Source of the DNA: an uncultured Gemmatimonadales bacterium
GTDB taxonomy: Bacteria; Gemmatimonadota; Gemmatimonadetes; Gemmatimonadales; GWC2-71-9
Length of the DNA stretch: 64,000 nucleotides
Reading direction: 5' to 3'
Assembly (NCBI GenBank): GCA_963728915.1
Contig: CAVSLV010000004.1
Span: forward strand, 160,001-224,000
In this document: positions 1-10,269 of the stretch, in pieces
Layout of the letters: each line of letters begins with the position of its first letter
Position numbering within the stretch: position 1 is the first letter of the stretch
Translations under genes and position numbers: made by a program
Notes under the pieces: model-generated
Told to the model about the DNA's origin: nothing
What the model saw: only the letters and a program-made list of their open reading frames with translations
Database searches by the model: none

Positions 1-843
1 GGTTATGCAGCGGTCGTGGTGGTGCTCGCCGCGGAGCTGCTCCTGGTGTCTTCTCTCTGGATTCAAGCCGCCATCCTCGGGGGCGTGCTGGCCTGGGCCT
101 TCTTCGGCACGGTGGGGCTCGGCATTCTCCGGTTCGTGCAGCTGGTCCGGGCCGCCCGCCGGCTCCAGAACCAGGGTTACGGGCTCGCCAATGTCCGCTC
201 CGCCCTGGAGCAGCCCGCCGCCGCGGCAACCGGGCGGCGATGGAGCGGGTTAGGAAAGGCGGCTGCCCTGCTCGGAGGCCTGGCCGGCGCCGTCCTCTGG
301 GGCCTGGCGTTCCGCTGGCAGATCACCTTCTCCCTCGGCTGGGTGCTCGACGGGATCATCATGGCCGCCTTCACCCTGGCGCCGGTCGTCGCGGTCCGGG
401 CCGGGATCAGCCGGATGCTTCGGCCCGGCAGGCAGGGGTGGTGGTCCCGCTTCTGGTGGAAAACGCTGGAATGGAAGGTGTTCCGGCTGGCCCGGTCGAA
501 GCGAGTCGAGGCGGCTCCCCAGGATCCCACCGAGGTCGCGCTGGGCGAGGGCGCCCGGGAGCTGTTCGCGCTCCTCCCCGACGACCTTCGGGCGAAGTTT
601 GCCGACGTGCCCGGTGTCCTCCAGCGGATCCAGGCCCAGGCCGGTCGGCTCCGGGCTCGAACCGGGCCGGACGGCGACGGACGGCTGGGATCGAGCCTCG
701 CCGCGCTGGAACAGGTCCGCCTCGACCTGCTACGATTGCGCGCCGATCAGGCCGGCGACCGGGATCTCACCGACGATCTCGACGCGGCGCGACGGGTGGC
801 TGAGGATATCGAGCGGTTTCTCGAGGCGAAGCGCGAGGTCTAG
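1..843 (+). CDS. 5'-truncated membrane protein (hypothetical; resembles C-terminal membrane region of Ser/Thr kinases)
   Basis: Frame open from position 1; several hydrophobic helices followed by a helical tail (DLTDDLDAARRVAEDIE); no catalytic motif inside the window. Confidence 0.55.
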   Translation, partial: GYAAVVVVLAAELLLVSSLWIQAAILGGVLAWAFFGTVGLGILRFVQLVRAARRLQNQGYGLANVRSALEQPAAAATGRRWSGLGKAAALLGGLAGAVLWGLAFRWQITFSLGWVLDGIIMAAFTLAPVVAVRAGISRMLRPGRQGWWSRFWWKTLEWKVFRLARSKRVEAAPQDPTEVALGEGARELFALLPDDLRAKFADVPGVLQRIQAQAGRLRARTGPDGDGRLGSSLAALEQVRLDLLRLRADQAGDRDLTDDLDAARRVAEDIERFLEAKREV

Positions 844-1592
844 CCGGAGGTCTTCTTCCGGAACAATCCCGCCAGCTTGACCAGCGGATCGAAGGCCTGG
901 TCGACCACCCGCTCCTTGAGCGGAATGATGGCGTTGTCGGTGATCGCGATGTGCTCGGGGCACACCTTGGTGCAGCACTTGGTGATGTTGCAGTACCCGA
1001 TGCCTTGGGCCTTGCGCAGCTCTTCCCGCCGGTCGAGGGTGTCGAGCGGATGCATTTCGAGCGCCGCGGTGTGAACCAGGAAGCGGGGCCCGATGAATTC
1101 CTCATGCAGGTGGTGATCCCGGAGCACGTGACAGACGTCCTGACAGAGAAAACACTCGATGCACTTCCGGAACTCCTGGATCCGGTCCACGTCCTCCTGC
1201 TGCATCCGCCAGGTGCCGTCCGGGGCGTCGGGTTTCCGGGGCGTGAAGGGCCGGATCTTCTTCTTGACCCGGAAATTCCAGCTCACGTCGGTCACCAGGT
1301 CCCGATGGTGCGGGAAGGTCCGCATCGGCTCGATGGTGACCGGCTCCGCGAGATTCACCTCGTTGAGGCGGGTCATGCACATGAGCTTGGGATAGCCGTT
1401 GATTTCCGCGGAGCAGGAACCGCACTTCCCGGCCTTGCAGTTCCACCGCACCGCGAGGTCGGGCGCCTGCTCGGCCTGGATCTGGTGGACCGCGTCGAGC
1501 ACCACCATGCCCTCTGAAGTCTCGGTGGCGTAGTCCACGAAGCTTCCATTGCCGTGGTCGCCGCGCCAGATCCGGAAGGTCGCCTTGGCCAT
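840..1592 (-). CDS. sdhB: Succinate dehydrogenase/fumarate reductase iron-sulfur subunit
   Basis: CKAGKCGSC...C [2Fe-2S] motif, CIECFLCQDVC and CNITKCCTKVCP cluster motifs; directly downstream of the flavoprotein gene. Confidence 0.95.
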   Translation of the reverse strand: MAKATFRIWRGDHGNGSFVDYATETSEGMVVLDAVHQIQAEQAPDLAVRWNCKAGKCGSCSAEINGYPKLMCMTRLNEVNLAEPVTIEPMRTFPHHRDLVTDVSWNFRVKKKIRPFTPRKPDAPDGTWRMQQEDVDRIQEFRKCIECFLCQDVCHVLRDHHLHEEFIGPRFLVHTAALEMHPLDTLDRREELRKAQGIGYCNITKCCTKVCPEHIAITDNAIIPLKERVVDQAFDPLVKLAGLFRKKTSG

Positions 1593-3404
1593 CTATTGAT
1601 TCTCCTTCACGATCTGCTGGAGCTCGTCGGGCATCGGAGGGATGGTGACCCAGCGGGATTGCATCGCCCCGCCGGGCCCCTGCTCCAGCACGAGATTGAC
1701 CTTGCCCAGCTCGGCGGATTTCTGCGGGTAGTCGTCCCGGAAGTGGCCTCCCCGGCTTTCCTTGCGCTCCAGCGCTGCGCGGAGACTTGCCTCGGAAACG
1801 GTCAGCAGGTGCTCGAGATCGAGGGCGGTGTGCCAGCCGGGGTTGTATTCCCGGTTCCCCGTCGCGCCGGCCTGGCGGGCGCGCGCCTTGAGCTTCTCGA
1901 GTCCGTCGGCGGCTCTCCGCATCTCGTCTTCCCGTCGCACGATGCCGACCAGGTCCTGCATCATGGTCTGCAACTCGTGCTGGATCGCGTAGGGATTCTC
2001 GCCCCCGGCGCGATCGAAGGGAGCCAGCGCTTCCCGCTCCGCCTCGGCGACTTCACCCGCATCGGGCGCCACGGCCGACTGGCTCTTCGCGAACGCGGCG
2101 GCGTGCTCGCCGGCGCGCTTGCCGAACACCAGCAGGTCGGAGAGCGAGTTGCCTCCCAGCCGGTTGGCGCCATGGAGCCCCGCGGCGACTTCTCCTGCGG
2201 CGAACAGTCCCGGCACGGTGGTCATCTGGGTATCGCCATCCACCCGGACTCCACCCATCACGTAGTGCGTGGTGGGGCCGATCTCCATCGGGGTAGTGGT
2301 GATGTCGATGTCGGCGAGCTGCTTGAACTGATGATACATGCTGGGGAGCTTTTTCTTGATGTGCTCCGCCGCGTTGGGAAGCTTCTCCTTGATCCAGGAG
2401 ATGTCGAGATAGACCCCGCCATGCGGGCTCCCCCGGCCTTCCTTGACTTCGCGCACGATGCACCGGGCCACGTGGTCGCGGGTCAGGAGCTCGGGAGGGC
2501 GCCGGGCCTCCTTGTCTCCGATGACGTAGCGCCAGCCTTCTTCCGGCGTGGCCGCCGTCTGGTTCTTGTAGAGCTCGGGGATGTCATCGAACATGAACCG
2601 GCGGCCTTCCTTGTTGAGCAGAATGCCGCCTTCGCCCCGTACCCCTTCCGTCACCAGGATCCCGCGGACGCTGGGGGGCCAGACCATGCCGGTGGGATGG
2701 AACTGGATGAACTCCATGTCCTGGAGTGCCGCGCCTGCCCGGTAGGCGAGGGAGTGCCCGTCCCCGGTGTACTCCCAGCTGTTGCTGGTAATCTTGAACG
2801 CCCTTCCGATGCCGCCGGTGGCCAGGACGATGGCCTTGGCGCGGAACAGGCGGAATCGGCCTCGCTCCCGATCATAGGCGAGCGCTCCGGCCATCCGTCC
2901 ATCCCGCCGGAACAATCGGATGACGGTGACCTCCATGTGGACATCGATCCCCTGGTGCACTCCCTTGTCCTGGAGGGTCCGGATCATCTCGAGACCGGTG
3001 CGGTCTCCCACGTGGGCCAGCCGGGGATAGCGGTGCCCGCCGAAGTTGCGCTGGAGGATCCGGCCATCGGCGGTCCGATCGAACACGGCGCCCCAGGCTT
3101 CGAGCTCGCGGACCCGGTCGCCCGCCTCCCTGGCGTGCAGCTCGGCCATGCGCCAGTTGCTGAGATACTGGCCGCCCCGCATGGTATCGGCGAAGTGGAC
3201 TTTCCAGTTGTCCCGGTCGTCGACGTTGGCGAGCGCGGCGGCCACGCCGCCTTCCGCCATTACCGTGTGCGCCTTGCCGAGCAGCGATTTGCAAACCAGT
3301 CCGACCGAGACGCCCCGGGCGGACGCTTCGATGGCGGCGCGTAGCCCGGCGCCGCCCGCGCCGATCACCAGGACGTCGTGATCGAAGTGCTCGAGCTGGC
3401 TCAT
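1593..3404 (-). CDS. sdhA: Succinate dehydrogenase/fumarate reductase flavoprotein subunit
   Basis: VIGAGGAG FAD motif, AHTVMAEGG covalent-FAD His, QFHPT, EGVRGEGG, HGANRLGGNSL, ESRGGHFR; ATG at 3404 overlaps the upstream stop (TGATG). Confidence 0.95.
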   Translation of the reverse strand: MSQLEHFDHDVLVIGAGGAGLRAAIEASARGVSVGLVCKSLLGKAHTVMAEGGVAAALANVDDRDNWKVHFADTMRGGQYLSNWRMAELHAREAGDRVRELEAWGAVFDRTADGRILQRNFGGHRYPRLAHVGDRTGLEMIRTLQDKGVHQGIDVHMEVTVIRLFRRDGRMAGALAYDRERGRFRLFRAKAIVLATGGIGRAFKITSNSWEYTGDGHSLAYRAGAALQDMEFIQFHPTGMVWPPSVRGILVTEGVRGEGGILLNKEGRRFMFDDIPELYKNQTAATPEEGWRYVIGDKEARRPPELLTRDHVARCIVREVKEGRGSPHGGVYLDISWIKEKLPNAAEHIKKKLPSMYHQFKQLADIDITTTPMEIGPTTHYVMGGVRVDGDTQMTTVPGLFAAGEVAAGLHGANRLGGNSLSDLLVFGKRAGEHAAAFAKSQSAVAPDAGEVAEAEREALAPFDRAGGENPYAIQHELQTMMQDLVGIVRREDEMRRAADGLEKLKARARQAGATGNREYNPGWHTALDLEHLLTVSEASLRAALERKESRGGHFRDDYPQKSAELGKVNLVLEQGPGGAMQSRWVTIPPMPDELQQIVKENQ

Positions 3405-4207
3405 CAGAAGATCCGGAGGTCGTGCCAGACCCCGGTCGCGCAGAGCCGGATATAGATGTCGCTGAAGCCGACCGTGAACAGGCTCACCCAGGCCCAGCGG
3501 TGGTGCCTGGCGTTGAGGCAGCTCACGCAACGATAGGGGACCCGGAAGCCCGGTTTGCGGGAGAATTGATCCCGCCAGCCTCCCACGATGTGACGGAGCG
3601 AATGACAGCCGAGGGTGTATCCGCCGAGACACACCACGTTCACCGCGAGCAGGATGGTGCCGAGTCCCACGCCGAAACGGGTGGTGCCGGTCGCGGGATC
3701 AGCCCACCAGAGCGCCTTCCACACGTCGTACGAGAGGATCACGATGAAGGTGGTTGCGAAATACATCGCGTACCGGTGGATGTTCTGGAGGATGAGCGGG
3801 AAGGAGCGCTCCCCCAGATACTTCTTGCGCGGCTCGCCCACGGTGCAGGCGGGCGGATCGGCCCAGAACGCCTTGTAGTACGACCCGCGGTAGTAGTAGC
3901 ACGTCGCCCGGAACAGCAGGGGGAAGGGGAGGATGAGCAGCGCCGGACTGAACCGGAGCCAGGTGGGCCACCATCCGGGTTCTGGACCGAAGATGGCATG
4001 CGGGGAAGTGCCGAACAGCTCCGGGCTGTAGAAGGGAGAGAGGTACGGGCCCCAGGTGTAATTCTTTCCCTGGAACGCAGCCCAGGTCGCATAGACACCG
4101 AAGCTGCCCAGGATGATCAGCACCAGGAGCGGCTGCACCCACCACAGATCCCGCCGGGCGGTCCCGAGGAAACGCCGGCGGGTGAGGGGAACGGTCGCGT
4201 TGGTCAC
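3404..4207 (-). CDS. Succinate dehydrogenase membrane anchor, mycobacterial Sdh1 (Rv0249c-like) type
   Basis: About 5 TM helices, YLSPFYSP, FRATCYYYR, GCHSLRH motifs; first gene of the sdh operon. Confidence 0.8.
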   Translation of the reverse strand: MTNATVPLTRRRFLGTARRDLWWVQPLLVLIILGSFGVYATWAAFQGKNYTWGPYLSPFYSPELFGTSPHAIFGPEPGWWPTWLRFSPALLILPFPLLFRATCYYYRGSYYKAFWADPPACTVGEPRKKYLGERSFPLILQNIHRYAMYFATTFIVILSYDVWKALWWADPATGTTRFGVGLGTILLAVNVVCLGGYTLGCHSLRHIVGGWRDQFSRKPGFRVPYRCVSCLNARHHRWAWVSLFTVGFSDIYIRLCATGVWHDLRIF

Positions 4208-4361
4208 GAATGCTCCGGAAACGGGCGGAAACGACTGATTCTAGCGGTTGGGCTCCCCCCGATCAAGGCTCAACGTGAAGTGGGAGAACCAGTTACTCGT
4301 CCATTTGACATTCGCTGGTCCGGGCGCGACTATCGGGGACCCCTGACCCAAAGGAGGCGGG

Positions 4362-6410
4362 GTGAAGATTTACGGGCCTGAGGCGATCCGGAACGTGGCC
4401 TTCGTCGGCCACGGCGCGAGTGGGAAGACGACCCTGGTAGACGCGCTCGCGTTCGTTTCCGGTTCCAGCCGGCGTCATGGGTCGATCAAGGAAGGAAGCA
4501 CCCTCACCGATACCTCCCCCGACGAAGTCGATCGCAAACACTCCATCTCGCTGAGCAGCGGCTACGCCGAGTGGATGAACACCAAGCTCAACCTGCTCGA
4601 CACTCCTGGATACCTCGATTTCTTCGGCGAAGTGGTCTGTGGCCTTTCGGTCGCCGACGGCGCGGTGGTGGTTCTCTCCGGCGTCAGTGGGGTCGAGGTA
4701 GGAACTGAGCGCGTCTGGGAGACCTGTGACCGGCTCCATCTGCCCCGGATTCTCTTCGTGTCCGGGATGGACAAGGAGCACGCGAACTTCGAGAGGGTCT
4801 TCGAGGACGTCAGGGAGCGGCTGACGCCGAAGGTCCTCCCGGTCGAGATCCCGGTCGGCGACGGAGCGCAGTTCCGGGGGATCATCAACCTCTTTTCCCA
4901 GACCTGCCAGCTCTTCAAGCCCGGGTCCAAGGCCGGTGAGTACGAGGAGACACCGGTCCCGCCGGAGTATCAGGATGCCTTTGCCAGATATAAGGAGCAG
5001 ATGACCGAAGCGGTGGCGGCGACCGACGACGCCCTGCTGGAGAAGTACCTGGGTGGCGAGGCCCTCTCCCGCGACGAGGTCGTCCCCGCCATGAAGAAAG
5101 CGATGCTGGCCGGCGAGATCGTTCCGCTGTTCTGCGGCAGCGGCGAGCTTCAGCACGGCGTGCGGGCACTCCTGACCGAGCTGGTGGAGCTGCTTCCCTC
5201 GCCGGCCGAGCTCGCGTCCCCGGTCGAGGCGCCGTTGGTGGGCCGGGTCTTCAAGACCATCTCCGAACCCCACGTGGGTGACGTCACCCTGTTTCGCCTG
5301 TATTCCGGCACCCTCAAGAACGGCGACGAGGTCTGGAATGCCGAGCACAACGTGGCCGAGAAGCTGAACCATCTCTCGGTTCAGCAGGGCAAGGAGCGGC
5401 AGGAGGTTCCCGAGCTGCACGCCGGCGACATCGGCTCGGTGGCCAAGCTCAAGGACACCCACACCAACGACACCTTCTCGAAGAAGGAAAAGCCGGTTCA
5501 TCTCGCGCCGATGGTGTTTCCCGGGACCGAGGCGACTTCCGCCGTGGTGGTGAAGCAGCGGGGCGAAGAGGACAAGCTCGCCGCCGGGCTCCACAAGCTC
5601 CACGAGGAAGACCCCACCTTTCATTTCGAGTACAATTCCGAGCTGGGGCAGACCTTGATCCACGGGATGGGAGAGCGACACTTCGAGATCCTGCTGGGCC
5701 GGCTGGTTCGCAAGTACGGGGTCCACGCCGAGCTCACCCGGCCCCGGGTTCCCTACCGCGAGACGTTCAAAGGCCTGGCGGAAGGGCAGGGCAAACACAA
5801 GAAGCAAAGCGGCGGCCGGGGCCAGTACGGCGATTGCTACATCCGGATCTCTCCGCTGGCTCGCGGGTCGGGCTACGAGTTCGTGGACAGCATCGTCGGA
5901 GGAGTGATCCCCAACAAGTTCATTCCCGCGGTGGACAAGGGCGTCCAGGAGGCTGCGGCCAAAGGGCCGGTGGCGGGGTTTCCCTGTGTGGACTTCCGTT
6001 GCGAGTGCTACTTCGGTTCCTACCACGACGTGGATTCGAGCGAGCAGGCGTTCAAGATGGCGGGGATCCTCGCATTCCGAAACGTGACCCCCAAGGCCCG
6101 CCCGGTCCTGCTCGAGCCGATCATCGCGGTCCAGGTGCGGGTCCCGTCCGACTACCTGGGCGACGTGCTGGCGGATCTCTCCCCCCGCCGTGCCCACATC
6201 CTCAACACCGAGGCGGACGGCCGTAACACGCACGTCAACGCGTTGATCCCGCAGGCCGAGCTCTACCGGTACTCGGCGGCCCTGCACTCGATCACCCATG
6301 GCCGGGGGACCCACGTCGAGAAGTTCCACGGCTACGCCGAAGTGCCCGGAGACGTGGCGGCGAAGGTGGCGGCGGAACACAAGAAGGAGACCACCGCCGA
6401 GCACGAGTGA
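4362..6410 (+). CDS. Elongation factor G paralog (EF-G2/FusA2-like)
   Basis: GHGASGKTT, DTPGYLDF, GMGERHFEI, KKQSGGRGQYG, GSYHDVDSSE; SD GGAGG before GTG. Confidence 0.9.
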   Translation: MKIYGPEAIRNVAFVGHGASGKTTLVDALAFVSGSSRRHGSIKEGSTLTDTSPDEVDRKHSISLSSGYAEWMNTKLNLLDTPGYLDFFGEVVCGLSVADGAVVVLSGVSGVEVGTERVWETCDRLHLPRILFVSGMDKEHANFERVFEDVRERLTPKVLPVEIPVGDGAQFRGIINLFSQTCQLFKPGSKAGEYEETPVPPEYQDAFARYKEQMTEAVAATDDALLEKYLGGEALSRDEVVPAMKKAMLAGEIVPLFCGSGELQHGVRALLTELVELLPSPAELASPVEAPLVGRVFKTISEPHVGDVTLFRLYSGTLKNGDEVWNAEHNVAEKLNHLSVQQGKERQEVPELHAGDIGSVAKLKDTHTNDTFSKKEKPVHLAPMVFPGTEATSAVVVKQRGEEDKLAAGLHKLHEEDPTFHFEYNSELGQTLIHGMGERHFEILLGRLVRKYGVHAELTRPRVPYRETFKGLAEGQGKHKKQSGGRGQYGDCYIRISPLARGSGYEFVDSIVGGVIPNKFIPAVDKGVQEAAAKGPVAGFPCVDFRCECYFGSYHDVDSSEQAFKMAGILAFRNVTPKARPVLLEPIIAVQVRVPSDYLGDVLADLSPRRAHILNTEADGRNTHVNALIPQAELYRYSAALHSITHGRGTHVEKFHGYAEVPGDVAAKVAAEHKKETTAEHE

Positions 6411-6430
6411 TCCTACACGCTGGAGGGACC

Positions 6431-6949
6431 ATGAAGCTGCGATATCTGGTGGTGACCTCACTGGTGGGTGGTCTGGTCCTGTTCGCGTGGGGATTCGTGG
6501 TCCACAAGAGCGGCCTCTTCCCAGCGGCCCAACCGCACTCCTTTACCGATTCCACCCTGGTGGTGGATGCGGTTCGTGCCCAGGCCCCCGCGAACGGGGT
6601 CTACGTCGATGGGCGCGGCCTCTTCGCGGCCGTGGGGTTGGAGCGGGACTTGAGCCCCAAGTTCGCGTCGCTCGCGGTGCCGATCGCGATCCAGCTCCTC
6701 ATCGAGATCGTGGTGGCATTCCTGCTCGCCTGGCTTCTGCTCCGGTTGCCGGCCTGGTCGGTGGTCGGGACCGGGATGCTGTTCGCGAGCGTGGCGGTGG
6801 CGGCCGGCATCGCAATGCTCATGTCGGAATCCAACTGGTTTTTCTTCCCGATCAGGTACCAGCTCGCCAACATGGCCGACCTGGTGATCGGCTGGTTCCT
6901 GCTCGGGATCGTGCTGGCGTCGTTCCGGCGGAAATGGATGGCCGGGTAG
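6431..6949 (+). CDS. Hypothetical 4-TM membrane protein
   Basis: GGAGGG SD before ATG 6431; four hydrophobic segments. Confidence 0.7.
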   Translation: MKLRYLVVTSLVGGLVLFAWGFVVHKSGLFPAAQPHSFTDSTLVVDAVRAQAPANGVYVDGRGLFAAVGLERDLSPKFASLAVPIAIQLLIEIVVAFLLAWLLLRLPAWSVVGTGMLFASVAVAAGIAMLMSESNWFFFPIRYQLANMADLVIGWFLLGIVLASFRRKWMAG

Positions 6950-6992
6950 GTGTGAGGGTGTTGTACCGCTCTCTTACAGAATGGAGACTCCA

Positions 6993-9047
6993 ATGAACCG
7001 GTTGCTGCCCGCGGTGTTCTTCCTCGCCGCGTCTACGCTTGGAGCTCAGGAGCGCTCTTCCGACACCCTGCTGAGCGTGGCCCGTTACCTCGACTACGAA
7101 ACGGTCAGCGACCCCGAGCCATCGCCCGACGGGAGTCAGGTGGTGTTCACTCGACGGTCGGTCGACAAGATGAAAGACCAGTTCGAGACCGGTCTCTGGC
7201 TCATGAACGGCGACGGCTCGAAGCTCCGGTTCCTGGTGAAGGGCTCGAACCCGGTGTGGTCGCCCGACGGAACCCGGATCGCGTATCTCGCCGAAGGGGA
7301 GCCCGGCGGGCCCCAGCTGTTCGTGCGATACATGGATGCCGAGGGTGCGATCACCCAGGTCACCAAGGTGAACCACGCGCCCGGTGGGCCCAGGTGGTCG
7401 CCCGACGGACAGTGGATCGGCTTCACGATGTTCGTGCCGAAGGAAAGCACCTGGAAGATCGACATGCCCACGCCTCCGCCAGGCGCCACCTGGACCAAGG
7501 GGCCGCGAATCGTAGACAACCTGCTATATCGGGCCGATCGCACCGGATACCTGGAGACGGGATACTCCCACGTGTTCGTGGTGCCCGCGATCGGCGGCAC
7601 CCCGCGCCAGGTGACCCGGGGGGAATGGAACGCCGGCCCTCGCGGGGGCGGAGCGGGAGGGGCCGGGTGGGACTGGATGCCGGACGGCCGCTCCCTCGTG
7701 GTGGCGGGCCTCGACTCGCCCAGCGCCGAACGTGCCTATCAGCGGTCGATGCTCTACCTCGTGGATCTGGCGAGCGGGGACAAGCGACCGATCACGTCGC
7801 GGGAGGGAGCCTGGGGGAGCCCGGTCGTCTCGCCCGATGGGAAACAGATCGCCTTCACCGGGTACCCCGCAGCCGGGCCGGTGAGTTACCACGCCGAGGA
7901 CATCTACACGATCGGGGCCGACGGGTCGGGGATGACTCTTCGGAGCGGAACGTTCGATCGCGACGTGTCTGGACTCACCTGGCTTCCCGACGGCCGGGGC
8001 GTCACCTTCACCGCGATGGATCGGGGCACCAGCAATCTCTGGAGCCTCATGCTGGGCGCTGCGCCGAAGCAGCTCACCACCGGGAGCCATCTGATCACCA
8101 ACGCTAGCATGAGCCGGAATGGGATGGTGTTCGCGGTGCGAACCGATCCGACTCACCCGCCCGATGTGGTGCGCCTGGATTCCAGGATGCCGGGGCGGAT
8201 CGACCAGCTGACCGAAGTGAATGCCGACATTCTCCAGGGAGTCCGGCTGGCCTCGGTCGAAGACTTCTGGTACAGCTCCAGCGGGGGGGCGCGAGTCGAG
8301 GGCTGGATCGTGAAGCCGCCCTCCTTCGATCCCTCGCGAAAATATCCGCTCATCCTGGAGATCCACGGCGGTCCCCACGGCGCCTACACCGCGGGGTTCA
8401 ACTACCAGTTCCAGAACTTCGCCTCGAACGGCTTCGTGGTGCTGTACACCAATCCGCGCGGCAGCACCAGTTATGGAAGCGCCTTCGGCAACGCGATCAT
8501 GCACGCCTACCCGGGCGTGGACTACGACGATCTGATGGCCGGGGTGGATACCGTGGCCGGCCGGGGCTACATCGATACCCGCCGGATGTACGTGGGCGGA
8601 TGCTCGGGCGGCGGGGTGCTCTCGAGCTGGGTGATCGGACACACCGACCGGTTCGCCGCGGCCGCGGTGCGCTGCCCGGTCATCGACTGGCTGAGCTTCG
8701 CGGGCGAGACCGACATCCCCAACTTCACCTACAACTTCTTCGAGAAGCCGTTCTGGGAAGACCCGATGCCCTGGCTCAAGCAGTCGAGCCTGATGTACGT
8801 CGGCAACGTCAAGACGCCCACCATGGTGATGACCGGCGTCCTCGATATGCGGACTCCGATGCCCCAGTCCGAGGAGTTCTACTCCGCGCTCAAGATGCGC
8901 GGGGTTCCCTCGGTGCTGCTCCGGTTCGAGGGCGAGTGGCACGGCACCGGATCCCGGCCCTCCAACTGGATGCGTACCCAGCTCTACATGATGAGCTGGT
9001 ACAACAAGTGGCCGGGTGACGGGAAGACGGTGACCAGCGAGCGATAG
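6993..9047 (+). CDS. S9 family (prolyl oligopeptidase/acylaminoacyl) peptidase, secreted
   Basis: Signal peptide, repeated WSPDG propeller blades, HGGPH, GCSGGG nucleophile, DMRTP Asp, EWHG His. Confidence 0.9.
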   Translation: MNRLLPAVFFLAASTLGAQERSSDTLLSVARYLDYETVSDPEPSPDGSQVVFTRRSVDKMKDQFETGLWLMNGDGSKLRFLVKGSNPVWSPDGTRIAYLAEGEPGGPQLFVRYMDAEGAITQVTKVNHAPGGPRWSPDGQWIGFTMFVPKESTWKIDMPTPPPGATWTKGPRIVDNLLYRADRTGYLETGYSHVFVVPAIGGTPRQVTRGEWNAGPRGGGAGGAGWDWMPDGRSLVVAGLDSPSAERAYQRSMLYLVDLASGDKRPITSREGAWGSPVVSPDGKQIAFTGYPAAGPVSYHAEDIYTIGADGSGMTLRSGTFDRDVSGLTWLPDGRGVTFTAMDRGTSNLWSLMLGAAPKQLTTGSHLITNASMSRNGMVFAVRTDPTHPPDVVRLDSRMPGRIDQLTEVNADILQGVRLASVEDFWYSSSGGARVEGWIVKPPSFDPSRKYPLILEIHGGPHGAYTAGFNYQFQNFASNGFVVLYTNPRGSTSYGSAFGNAIMHAYPGVDYDDLMAGVDTVAGRGYIDTRRMYVGGCSGGGVLSSWVIGHTDRFAAAAVRCPVIDWLSFAGETDIPNFTYNFFEKPFWEDPMPWLKQSSLMYVGNVKTPTMVMTGVLDMRTPMPQSEEFYSALKMRGVPSVLLRFEGEWHGTGSRPSNWMRTQLYMMSWYNKWPGDGKTVTSER

Positions 9048-9048
9048 A

Positions 9049-9110
9049 GTAGGGGTGAGCTGTGAGGGGTGAGGCGTGAGGAGGTGCGAGGCCTCACAGC
9101 TCAGCCCTAC
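9049..9110. terminator. Long hairpin between convergent genes, built from GTGAG heptamer repeats
   Basis: Arms 9049-9067 (GTAGGGGTGAGCTGTGAGG) and 9092-9110 are 18/19 complementary. Confidence 0.65.
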
Positions 9111-9111
9111 C

Positions 9112-10269
9112 TTACGGTTTCCGATACCGCAGCAGGTACTGCAAATCGTCCTCGTCGCTCCGCGAGACGTAGACCGTCCCCTTCCCGAACCCCACCACCC
9201 GGCTGTTCGGCGCCAGCACCACCTTCTTGACCAGCGCGCCGGTCCGGTCGAACACGTCGTAGGTCGGGATCTTGTCGCTGGCCGGCCGGTTTCGCAGGAC
9301 CCAGACCTCCCCATCGGGGGTTCCTAACACGCCCGCGCTGTTGAACGGGGGCATGGTCTCCTCGAATTCCGGCTCGGGGAACTGGACCTGAGGCGGCGGG
9401 GCGCCACCCCCGCCGCCTCCGAAGGTCACCACGATCGGCTTGGCCTTCTTCCGGGCCTCCCGGTACTGCTCCTTCTCCGCTTCCCCGACTTTGATGGGCG
9501 TGTACGGCTGCACCGGACCGGGACTGACCCGGGACGCCCCGTCATACCAGACGACGCGATAAGGCGCCGGCATAACCCGCGCCACCTGGCCGTCCCCGGT
9601 GACCGCCCACGCGTCCGCCGGCGCGAAGACCTTCTGACCCGCACCGAATCGCACCGACACGTTGCCCCCGCTCGGCCCGCTCCGGTTCAGGGACGCGCTG
9701 CCGGCCGGAAGCTTGTAGTAGGCGACCGTATCCAGCTTCGGACTGGTCCGGTCCCAGCGGAGCACCGGCACCGAATCGAGCTGTCCCCCGGTCTGCACCG
9801 AGAAGGGCGTGCCCTGGAGAAACAACCGGCCCCGGGCATCCACCCGGATGGTGCCGCCCAGGGTGATCCCTGCGCCCGGGCTGTTCGAGGGATTGGGAGG
9901 CAAGTCGGTAAAATCCCCCGGCTTTCCGTCCTGGCCGATGACCAGGAACCTCCGGTTGAGCAAGTCGTTGAGCAGCGTGGTCCCATCGGGAAGTCCGAGC
10001 AGCGCGCTCGGCATGGAGTATTCGCCCGGGCCCTTGCCCTCCCGACCCACCCTGGTCACGGTGCCGGCCGAAAAGTCGACCAGCTGCACCACCTTGTCGT
10101 TGATATCCGCGACCAGGACTTTCCCGTTGGGAAGCTCGCGGATCGACGTGATGTTCGTGAAACCCTCGGTCGATTCCCCGTCGGGTTTACCCAGCGGGAC
10201 CTTGGCCTGGGCGGCCAGGTTCCCGCTCACGGGAATCGCGAGGAGGCAGAGCAGAGCCACCGACTTCAT
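9112..10269 (-). CDS. Secreted beta-propeller-like hypothetical protein
   Basis: Signal peptide MKSVALLCLL..., GREGKGPGEY NHL-like motif, C-terminal DEDDLQYL. Confidence 0.7.
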   Translation of the reverse strand: MKSVALLCLLAIPVSGNLAAQAKVPLGKPDGESTEGFTNITSIRELPNGKVLVADINDKVVQLVDFSAGTVTRVGREGKGPGEYSMPSALLGLPDGTTLLNDLLNRRFLVIGQDGKPGDFTDLPPNPSNSPGAGITLGGTIRVDARGRLFLQGTPFSVQTGGQLDSVPVLRWDRTSPKLDTVAYYKLPAGSASLNRSGPSGGNVSVRFGAGQKVFAPADAWAVTGDGQVARVMPAPYRVVWYDGASRVSPGPVQPYTPIKVGEAEKEQYREARKKAKPIVVTFGGGGGGAPPPQVQFPEPEFEETMPPFNSAGVLGTPDGEVWVLRNRPASDKIPTYDVFDRTGALVKKVVLAPNSRVVGFGKGTVYVSRSDEDDLQYLLRYRKP

